Source: Octopus sinensis (lineage: Eukaryota). Taken from it: a stretch of DNA of 64,000 nt. The notes under the pieces were generated by a model. That model saw only the letters and a list, made by a program, of their open reading frames with translations, had not been told where the DNA came from and searched no databases. Shown in pieces: positions 54,201-64,000 of this stretch (positions are counted from its first letter, which is position 1; each line of letters begins with the position of its first letter). The position numbers and the translations under genes are program-made. The DNA is taken from positions 36,828,001-36,892,000 of the forward strand of contig NC_043003.1 in the NCBI RefSeq assembly GCF_006345805.1, written 5' to 3'.

Positions 54201-54800
54201 TTACATGGCGATGCCAAATTTTATCCATTTTGAAGAGAAATGGCTACTAGTTACATTCGAAGTCGTCATTAAACTTTCAGATGTCAGTTTTACTTGAAAA
54301 TAAACAATGCAATCATTAGAAATTATTGCATGCAAGATTACACAGCTTTAGCATCATCCCTTCCTAGTGAGGCTAGGAGCTTTTCAGAACACCTTTTTAT
54401 ATTACATCCCATCTTGTTGGATACGCCTTCGATATCCAGATTAGGTAATAGATGCTAAAGACCTGATATACAAGGCTTACCCAGACGTAAAGGAAGGTCA
54501 AAATCAGCATGTATTCACACCTTTAAAAACAAGGAATACGGGTAGAACACTCCAATAAAAGCATCAGTTCGATGCAAACATAAGAGGCCTGATATTGTTC
54601 TGTGGGACAGGAAACAAAAGTCATGCACTGTTGTAGATGCTTGCTGCCCAACGGATGTGAATCTACCATCAAAATTTCGGAAACAAGGGAACACTTACGG
54701 TGAATTAATGCCGATCTTACAGTACTTGTACACTGATTATACCTTCTCATTTGTACCTACCATCTTAGATGCATTAGGCTATGTACCTACAAATTGAAGC
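51300..54800 (+). pseudogene. Second-family R4/Dong-clade retrotransposon remnant (may extend upstream to ~50750), interrupted by a mariner
   Basis: KLPNRKSP, PDWLT, YRPITFLNIIYKL, IWLDYEKESDSVSH, GIFPGDSL, FFVD(D)LKLY, KYLGI; endonuclease HKRPDIVLWDRKQKSCTVVDACCPTD at ~54579-54656. Confidence 0.8.
53135..54397 (-). mobile_element. Mariner DNA transposon (~1.26 kb), inactive; transposase remnant ~53200-54228
   Basis: TA at 53133-34 and 54398-99; TIRs share CTGAAAAG.TC; peptides MDKIWHR, ENDPRSGRSATATTEEN, VFWNAKGIAFIDYLEKGYTINGEKYANLL. Confidence 0.88.
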
Positions 54801-54821
54801 AAAAACTAGAAATACTCTCTT

Positions 54822-55480
54822 TTTTCTCTTTACTCTCTTTTACTTGTTTCAATCATTTGACTGCGGTCATGCTGGAGCACCGCCTTTAGTCGAGCAAATC
54901 GACCCCAGAACGTATTCTTTGTAAGCCTAGTACTTATTCTATCGGTCTCTTTTGCCGAACCGCTATGTTACGGGGACGTAAACACACCAGCATCGCTTGT
55001 CAAGCAATGTTGGGGGGACAAACACAGACACACAAACATATACACACACGTACATATATATACATATACAGGCTTCTTTCAGTTTCTGTCTCACAAAGCT
55101 TTGGTCGGCCCGAGGCTTTGGTCGGCCCGAAGCTATAGTAGAAGACACTTGCCCAAGGTGCCACGCAGTGGGAATGAACCCGGAACAATGTGGTTAGTAA
55201 GCAAGCTACTTATTTCTTCATTGCCCACAAGGGGCCGAACATAGAGGGGAAAAACAAGGACAACGAAGGGATTAAGTCGATTACATCGACCCCAGTGCGT
55301 AACTGGCACTTAATTTATCGACCCCGAAAGGATGAAAGGCAAAGTAGAATTCGGCGGAATTTGAACTCAGAACGTAACGGCAGACGAAATATCGCTAAGC
55401 ATTTCGCCCGGCATTCTAACGTTTCTTCCAGCTTGCTGTGTGGTAAGCAAACTGCTTACCACACAGCCACTCCTGTGTCT
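54822..55480 (-). mobile_element. SINE family 1 split within its tRNA head by SINE family 2 (55211-55434)
   Basis: Family-1 body 54822-55210; head remnant TGCTTACCACACAGCCACTCCTG at 55453-55475. Confidence 0.85.
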
Positions 55481-56329
55481 AGGAACTTTTCGAATGAAGA
55501 GCATAAGCGCATAAAGCGGATTCTCAAAAACCAACCTACTAGTGGCAAAGCGAAGATTTGTAAGACATTCCAATGATTCTCCGTTTGAGATTCTTTAGCT
55601 GAATAGATGCACACTTGGCTCTGTGCATCGACAGCTCAATCGACACACCAACTCGACTACATATTTACAAAGCGCCGGGAACTCCCTTGACTCAGAAAGC
55701 CTTTTCACTCTTTTTTAGCGACCGGTTTGAACTCTTTTAAAAAACTTAAATAAAACACACAGAAATACATATATACATGCATACATACATACACACATAC
55801 GTACATACATACATAAATACATGCGCACGCACGCACTCACACACATACACACACATATATTTATTTATGCAAGCCGTCATTCAGAAACATTAAAAATTCG
55901 CTATGTGCGTGTATGCATATGTAATAATATTTGTGGCGAAGTTTCCTCCATTTCCTTTCATATTTTACATTATGGAAATCGTGTTCCGTGTTAATAGTGT
56001 GTTACAAATTTCGCACATTTAACTTTGAATGACATTAGTGAATATTTACAATAGATACAAATGACGTTAAAAATATATTAGCGAAATAGATTCATTAATC
56101 AACTGCGTCTTTACAAATCACTTTTTAAAATGTGTTCTGAAATTTTAACTCAACGAATAATGGACTTGAAATTGGTTCAGTTAAATTTCCGTTTATTTCT
56201 CTATAAGTTCTTGATTTCACCAATTTCTATAGATTCCATTTCAAATACAGGATGTATTATTTCGATGTTTTCATAAGCAATAAAAAAAATTAGAATTATA
56301 TGTAAATGCATACTCACACATATGCATAT

Positions 56330-56340
56330 ATTTATACAGT

Positions 56341-56373
<33 letters not shown>

Positions 56374-56428
56374 GTGTGTGCGTGTATATATATATATATA
56401 TATATATATGTCTGTGTGTGTGTGTGTG

Positions 56429-56461
<33 letters not shown>

Positions 56462-56633
56462 ATATACATATACATATATATATATGTGTGTATGTGTATG
56501 TATATATATATATTCATACATCTGTATATGTATACAAATTGCTAAATAAATTTAACGTCCTTCATTTAGTTATTTGTTTTTTTAATATATACTGCGAATT
56601 TTATCGTGTCTGGCATTCAAAGAATTTAGAGAC

Positions 56634-56676
<43 letters not shown>

Positions 56677-56774
56677 TAACACATGCATACATACACATAT
56701 ATTTACATATGTGTGTGATTGTTTCCATATGAGTATATATGCGTTTTCTCTAAATTCATACGTTTGTGAATATG

Positions 56775-56827
<53 letters not shown>

Positions 56828-56999
56828 TATCTAGATACATTCATGCATATACACAATTACTTATATTGACATATATGTATATTTCCATGCTGACATATAT
56901 TCTATATACATATATATACACACATACACAGAGGGAGAGAGATTGATAAACAGATAAATCAAGATTGAAATACATAATTAGATACAGAATGAATATATA

Positions 57000-57085
<86 letters not shown>
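56330..57085. repeat. (TA)n/(TG)n microsatellite cluster
   Basis: Directly visible. Confidence 0.9.
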
Positions 57086-57087
<2 letters not shown>

Positions 57088-58436
57088 CATACGAACACAC
57101 ACACATATTCGTACACTCAGACACAAACATGCACGCATGTGCATTCGACTACTTCATATACACATACATGCAGGCATACGTTCATACATAGATGTCTACA
57201 TACATAAAGATAGATATAAATTATACACGTATATACGTATCCAGGCATTATATTTTTGTATACATGCATACATGAAGCAGTTGCATGCGTAAGCATGTAT
57301 GTTTGACGAAATATATTGTGTTAGGTAAGTTTCCTTATATCAACTTTACAATTTTTTCCTGTACACTGCCCAAAATTTCTTTCTTCCTTTCTCCCTAAAT
57401 ACAACAAATCCATATTGACATCCTTGCAAATGCATTTGTATGTGCATACACACATACATGCACACACACGTATCCACCTTCCCAACAAAGTACTCATTTT
57501 GGAATGTGCTTTCATATTAATAGAATATATACCATTCAGATATATGTTACTCCTTATCAAAGAACAACAAATTTCATTTAAACTTGCAGTAAAGAGGGAA
57601 TTGGCAAACACACCTTAAATAAATAGTTATACGAAACTGTAAAAAAAAGGAGTCCATAGAAAAGAAATTTAATTCGTTTTTCTGAGAGAAACGGAACAAA
57701 GTGTTGATAATAGTTAAGAAAAATAAACTTTCTCTTGATATAATATTTTATACCGAGTATATAGCTACTTGAGTTTTTGTGTTATATGAATAATTCATAA
57801 TACAAAACCGTGAATATTACATTTCCTATCGTTAGGACTATTTAATCCAGTAAATAAATTTTCTAAAGCCAGGGCGCTTGTTCAACCGGTGGAGCGTGGT
57901 AATATCTTGGCAGGGAGTATGTTACTTCATAATTGGAGCGTAGTGTATAAAATGAAATTTGATGAAATTTAATTAAAACGTATTTCGAATAAATATATTT
58001 ATAGTATATATTTTTTTTCAATTATGGTGTAATGCAAGTAGTCGATCTTTAAAAAACAAAAGACAAAAAGGGGGCTAGATTTGAAGCAAGCCTAGAGAAG
58101 TAAAAGCATGTTATAGATGATGTCGCGGACGGCGATAAAAAAACTTTGACAAATAAATTTTTGATTAATTAATGGAATAATTGAGCAGACAATAAATTAA
58201 TTAGCTAATCAATAGATTTTTAATGAAGTGAAATTGAACCAGTACGTTTATTACTGTTCATTATGTGTGTAATGACCCTCCCAGCATACAATAAAATGTG
58301 TTCCAACACTTGAGTTCGCAACAAGAAACTTGCATAGCAAATTTAAAATGAAATTGATTTTAAACTAAGTTAAGAAATAGTAAATCATTCATTTCCATTA
58401 CATTTTTTGACTTTCAAATGACGTTCATTCCTCATA

Positions 58437-58804
58437 TCTATATATATATAAAGCTGAAGTTGTCTGTGCGTGGCAGGTTTGGTAGCCTTCAACTAACACT
58501 ATCTCCTCCGAGACCCTGCGGGGCAAGTTGAGAGAATGATAGAAGGCTTGCTCTTCATTCCGTAGAAGATAAAATTCAAATCGGACCAAAAATTATTTAC
58601 ATCAAAAAGGTGCTTTTTTTCTATGAAAATCCCTATTTTTTACGATTTTTTTACTGATGTGTCGCCATTTTTGGTGCATTTCAACCAGAAAAATGTTCAC
58701 TTAAAGAGAATAACAAGCTACATAATGCAATTTTTTTTACTTTTCAAAAATTCCAATTCTAATGGGTCGAAACAAACCCGAGCAACGCCGGACGATACTG
58801 CTAG
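58437..58804 (+). mobile_element. Non-autonomous Helitron, second family (368 bp)
   Basis: A|TCTATATATATAAAG ... ACAAACCCGAGCAACGCCGGACGATACTGCTAG|T; termini shared with the 399-bp family, interior unrelated. Confidence 0.8.
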
Positions 58805-59573
58805 TCTTTTAATATATTTTGCTTATACAACTGATCTGAATATCATCAATACCACAGACAAACACCGATAAACAAAGATATCATATTCTTACAAAAATGC
58901 ACACCAAAACTGAATAAACTTTAACAAACTACATTTACCAACACCTATTCACACACAAAGTCATTCTGCTGCTTGTCAGGTTGAATTTATACAATTAACA
59001 ACTTAAACATCGGATACAATCATGACTTTATACCGTCTGCCACTAACACAAATTTCGTGGAGAATAAAATTCGATGGCTTTGAACGTAGATACAAACTAT
59101 AACTATCCAACAACTGGGTTGCTTAGAACCATTCTGCCACGTTACGGATTAAATTTAGAGGACTTTGTTTTAGGACTGTCACTAGACATGTTTACTCAAC
59201 CATGTCAGCCTTAATTTTCGGCGCAAGAAGTATAGTCTCATGATATTAATCTGAGAACCTGGTAAAATATCTAAGGCTAATCACGTGATCATCCTCTACT
59301 ACACTTGAAATATGAAATTCAGACAGCCTTGGTCGTTTGGGATTGTCACTAGACACGTTCACTTAACAGTGACAGCATTAAGTTACGGTGCCAAACGTAT
59401 AATGACATAACATTAAAGAACGGACGTTGTGGAGAACTTTCTAAACTTGACCATACGATCATCTTCACACAGTGAAATCGTATCCAAAACATACTAATTT
59501 CAGCCATATTGTCTCTATAAAAACAATACGAGAGTATTGCCTTTCCAGTAAAGAATAGCCCGTGAGGGAAAAT

Positions 59574-59928
59574 TATACAAAGAAGTAAATATATGGCACA
59601 ACGACGTACCGATATTTACTGGAAATAGCGAACGTAATAATACGACGCTAATGTATAGCTTCACCGCGTATGTACTAGCAAAAATGCGAGAGTGCAACAA
59701 ACTTGAAAAATTGTCTTACCGGCTCCGGTCCCACATTATCCTTTTCTAGGTATTTCATCTTTCAGATGTTCTCCCTGGAGGTAAGACAATTTTTTTCAAG
59801 TTTGTTGTACTCACGATTTTTTGCTAGTACATACGCGGTGAAGCTATACATTAGCGTCGTATTATTACGTTCGCTATTTCCAGTAAATATCGGTGCTTCG
59901 TTGTGCCATATATTTACTTCTTTGTATA
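59574..59928. mobile_element. Fold-back/MITE-like element with ~148-bp inverted arms and 59-bp spacer
   Basis: 59574-59720 is near-identical to the reverse complement of 59780-59928; TA at both outer ends. Confidence 0.75.
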
Positions 59929-60744
59929 TATATACATATATATATCCCACACTGCGATACTTTTACATTTCTTTGATAGTATACAAATTGTTCTTCAGTT
60001 GGTCCTTATCTTTTCCCCTTTCAAATATAAGCAGAAACATAGACGGGTATCGCTACAAATTCTCACATTTTCAGATTTTATCTCAGTGTGCGGTATTTTA
60101 GTCTGCCGGCGTCTCCTACTCTAACCCTGCATTGAGCGATGCTTTATGAATGTGATTCAATAATCGAAGAGTCCTATGTACAGAATCCCATTCTGCACAA
60201 GCATATGCACACAAGCACACAAACACACAAGCACACGTATATATTGTTTGTGAGTGAGCCACGTGCTTACGTGTGTTGGCGTTTTCATGTTTCAAGCTGT
60301 GAATCAATGCCTGTCTATGTGTATCAATGAGTATTTTAGCTTCTTGGTAAAATAAAGGTTGATAAAATAAGAGATTGGATTGACAAATGGACGTGATAGG
60401 ATCAACAACTGAAGGACAAGCCTCAACTTGACTTCAAGGTAAGGACGGGAACTACGAAAAGAACCAATATCGATGCGTATTCTCGTTTAAGTCACACACA
60501 CACAACACATGCGCATACACGCACAAATGCACATATAAATGTATGTGTATATATATATATTTGTGTGTGTGTGTGCATGTGTGTGTGTGGTGTGTGTGTG
60601 TGTGTGCGTGTGTGTGTGTGTGTGCGTGTGTGAAACGTTAAAAAAAGAAAGTTATATATATTTCGTGTACGGTGTTGATTCAATGCTGTAGAATAGTAAT
60701 TGAAATGAGTACGAACTGCTGCCTTAAGTGAGTCAAATAGGGTG

Positions 60745-62967
60745 ACCATGAAGCAGTGAATGTATGACAAAAACAAAATGGAGAAAACAACGAATTAAGT
60801 CCTCTGTAGATGTGGACACTATACTCCAGAACATTCTGAATTCAATATGGGCAGCATGTGCAGCATCAGTAACACGCAAGCACAAAAAACCACCCAATAG
60901 AGCAATTTGGGAGACTGCAGCAGTCCGACTTGCCAGGAAAGAACGCCGTAATGCTGAACGGGAATACAAATTGCACAAATCAGAGAGCAACAGAAAAAAG
61001 CGCAATAGGTCAGCCAACCACCCCAAGCAGGTGACAAAAAAGGCAGTGCTTGAATTTGAACAACGCATTGCAGCTAACCCTGACAGCAAAGTGTTCTGTA
61101 AGTATGTGCACTCAAAGCAAGAGACCCCACTCTCCAGTTGGTCCCCTTCGCAATCCCCACACAGGACAGATTACTGGCAATCCCGAAGAATGTGCAGAAA
61201 TCATTGCTGGATGCTATGCCGGCATCTTTACTGTCGAAGACCAAAATGTTCCATCTTCATCACCACTGACATCGGACTATATATCTACTATGCAATTTAC
61301 ACCAGCAATGCTGCAACGCCACCTTAAGAATAAACTCAATTATGCCTCTCCTGGTCTCGATGGTGTTACATACCTACTTCTCAGACGCGGTGGGTACTTT
61401 CTTCTAAGCCAACTTTCTCTATTCTTCCAATTCTGTCTTGACAATGGTGTTACTCCAGAACAGTGGAAAACTGCCAGTGTCATCCCTCTGTTCAAAAAAG
61501 GCGACCGCACATCGCCTGTCAACTATCGCCCCGTCAGTCTTACTAGCTGCATCGCCAAACATGGAATCCTGTATCAGAGAAACCCTCTGGCACTTCTGGA
61601 AATCTCACAGCCTCATCCAGCCGTCACAATTCGGATTTATTCCTAACTCCAGCTGCTGTAATCAACTCATCGAATTTCTTGAGGACGTTACCCAAATCAC
61701 TGATCGCGGATCCTGGGTGGATGTTGTTTACCTGGACTTTGCTAAGGCTTTTAACTCTGTGCCACACAAAAGACTTATGGTGAAACTTTCTGCGTTGGGT
61801 GTAAGAGACGAACTCTATAAGTGGTTGAAGTCCTTTATTTTCAGCCGAAAAGAGATTGTCACAGTTCTAGGACAGCACTCTTCGCCCTATGAGATGACAT
61901 CCGGTGTACCACAGGGATCTGTTCTTGGCCCCCTTTTATTTGTTGCATATGTTAATGACATAGATGCCAACTTAAAGAATGCCACAGTGCTGAAATATGC
62001 AGATGACATCAAGCTGTATCTCGAAATAAAGAGGTCAAATCCTCTACACTATAGATCTCTATTGCAAGCAGACCTGGACACAATGCAGCAGTGGATCATG
62101 GACTGGCAACTCAAACTGGCTGTGGACAAATGTACCACCATGCATTTTGGGAGGAGAAACCCAGCGTCCACCTACTCCCTCCACAACACTAGTCTCAAAA
62201 AGTCTTCATGTGAACGTGACCTGGGTGTTATTGTCGACAGTGATTTGCGTTGGATAAAACACATCGCTAAAATTGTCAAGAAGGCTGAGGGTGTATTAGC
62301 ATCACTCACCAAATCCTTTGTGAGCCGCTCTCTGGCTATCTATCTGCGGCTTTATATAGCTATGGTAAGACCTCACCTGGAATTTGCATCACCGGTCTGG
62401 AACCCCTATCTTGCCCAGGATATCAATCGTCTGGAAGCTGTTCAGCGACGTGCAACCAAAAGAATACCCTCCATCAGGCATTTGCCATATCCTGAACGCC
62501 TTACTTCCCTGGGCATGGACACATTGAAACTCCGACGTCTGGCAGCTGACTTGGCAGACACCCATAAAATTATCAACCATCGTACAAACAATAACTCTGA
62601 GCACCTTTTCAAACTCCACCCATCTAACACCCGTGGACATATTTACAAAGTAAGAAAACAGCACAGCTCCCATGACTTCAGGAAACATTTTTTGACGCTG
62701 AGAGTTGCTGAAGCATGGAACAAACTGCCGGCATCAGTTGTTAGTTGTCGGAGCACTGCATCCTTCAAAACTTCCATGCTTCCTGAGATTCGCCAACACT
62801 ACACTTGATTTTCTCCCCTCCATACACACACAAGCATGTATCTGACTCATACATTGTTCGCTTTCCAGACATTTCTACATTACTGCATGTACTTTATATG
62901 CACTTTCTGACAAGTTGTGGTGCACCTGAGCACTGTATACAATTAATTTCATTGTTATTATTATTAT
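60745..62967 (+). mobile_element. 5'-truncated CR1-clade LINE with RT region, 3' UTR and (ATT)n tail
   Basis: Three overlapping ORFs (60764-61327, 61050-61646, 61438-62808) join into one protein via shifts near 61118 and 61560. Confidence 0.9.
61438..62808 (+). CDS. Reverse transcriptase of a CR1-clade LINE (in register from ~61561)
   Basis: QFGF, YLDFAKAFNSVPH, SGVPQGSVLGPLLF, YADD, ERDLGV, RPHLEFASPVWNP, LEAVQRRATK; upstream frame has KKGDR..NYRPVSLTS. Confidence 0.9.
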   Translation: MTMVLLQNSGKLPVSSLCSKKATAHRLSTIAPSVLLAASPNMESCIRETLWHFWKSHSLIQPSQFGFIPNSSCCNQLIEFLEDVTQITDRGSWVDVVYLDFAKAFNSVPHKRLMVKLSALGVRDELYKWLKSFIFSRKEIVTVLGQHSSPYEMTSGVPQGSVLGPLLFVAYVNDIDANLKNATVLKYADDIKLYLEIKRSNPLHYRSLLQADLDTMQQWIMDWQLKLAVDKCTTMHFGRRNPASTYSLHNTSLKKSSCERDLGVIVDSDLRWIKHIAKIVKKAEGVLASLTKSFVSRSLAIYLRLYIAMVRPHLEFASPVWNPYLAQDINRLEAVQRRATKRIPSIRHLPYPERLTSLGMDTLKLRRLAADLADTHKIINHRTNNNSEHLFKLHPSNTRGHIYKVRKQHSSHDFRKHFLTLRVAEAWNKLPASVVSCRSTASFKTSMLPEIRQHYT

Positions 62968-63229
62968 AAAATTAATAATATAATTTTTAAATGATTGGGA
63001 GACGGGCTTAGATTGAAAATGAAGAGCGAGTAGCCAAGAAGGATGCCGTTTTGTGGAGTAAGTCAAGATGGACGTTTAGAGTGGGTGCGCAGATGCCTGA
63101 ATCAGAATATTTGAGCACCTTAATCAATTATATGGGGATAGTAGCATGTATTAGTGTGGTGTATGAATGTATAGAGATCTTTGTCTTTGATTCCTTTCAG
63201 TTAAGAATCACCATGGTATTGCATCTAGA

Positions 63230-63517
63230 AAGTTCCTCTCCGAGACACAAGTCCGGGAAGGTTGTTTATGGAGGAACAGCAGTTGCCCATGCATACCAGT
63301 ATCCCCTCTCCACGCCACCAATGTTGTCCAAGGGAAAATGCCGATATAGCTTGGTACCAATCACGTCGCAACTCATTTCTACAGCTGAGTGAACTGGAGC
63401 AATGTGAAATAAGGGGTCTTGCTCAAGAACACGGCACACAGCCCTGTCCAGGAATCCAATCCGCTACCTTATGATTTTGAGCCCAACGGTCTAACCACTG
63501 AGTCATGCGCCTCACCT
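63230..63517 (-). mobile_element. tRNA-derived SINE family 4 (CORE-like central domain inferred)
   Basis: Head GAGGCGCATGACTCAGTGGTTAG; centre GTTCTTGAGCAAGA..TTTCACATTGCTCCAGTTCACTCAGCTGTAGAAATGAG. Confidence 0.75.
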
Positions 63518-63934
63518 GTATATAGATATGAGGGGAAATTTTGTATTGTTGGTTTCGGGCGGTGGGGCGGTAATGTGATGTCGATGTCTCTGTATAGGTT
63601 TCATGGTTAGTGTGAAAGCCTAAGCTTCAAGCTGTTCGAGAGTACATGTGTGTGTGATAAAAAATGTCGAAGAAACCGTATTTGATTGTATGGAGAGGCG
63701 AAATCTGGTGTAATACGCATGTTACATATGTGAGTGCGTATGTGCAAAACAAAAAACATGTTCTGGGGAAAGACTTCTTGTTTTATTTTTGCTCGTGCAA
63801 AAGTGAAAGAGAGAATGAAAGCTTAAAAAGTAAATTAAGAGGTCAAAATACCCGGGATGGTAAATAGCAAAGATTATTCTAACAGTCCAAGACGTCCGTA
63901 GCGTACAAGAAGCTAATGAAATAGATGCACAATA

Positions 63935-63941
63935 TAAATAT

Positions 63942-64000
<59 letters not shown>
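63935..64000. repeat. (TA)n microsatellite
   Basis: Directly visible at the window end. Confidence 0.95.

Overview
Eukaryotic, AT-rich, non-genic (intergenic or deep intronic) DNA. The SINE repertoire and microsatellite density point to an octopod cephalopod (Octopus); this is inference. No host protein-coding exon could be supported, and most listed ORFs are microsatellite translations. The window is a mosaic of tRNA-derived SINEs (at least four families, often nested or dimerised), five Tc1/mariner remnants, R4/Dong-clade, CR1-clade and L1/Tx1-type LINE remnants, three small Helitrons, MITEs and very abundant microsatellites. The most notable signal is a complete type I minimal hammerhead ribozyme motif (36411-36501, +). 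It lies in an 841-bp near-perfect palindrome (35696-36536) that carries its mirror copy. Two further degenerate hammerhead-like loci (16254-16446, inverted pair; 41972-42552, direct repeats) suggest Penelope-like or retrozyme-type self-cleaving retroelements in this genome.
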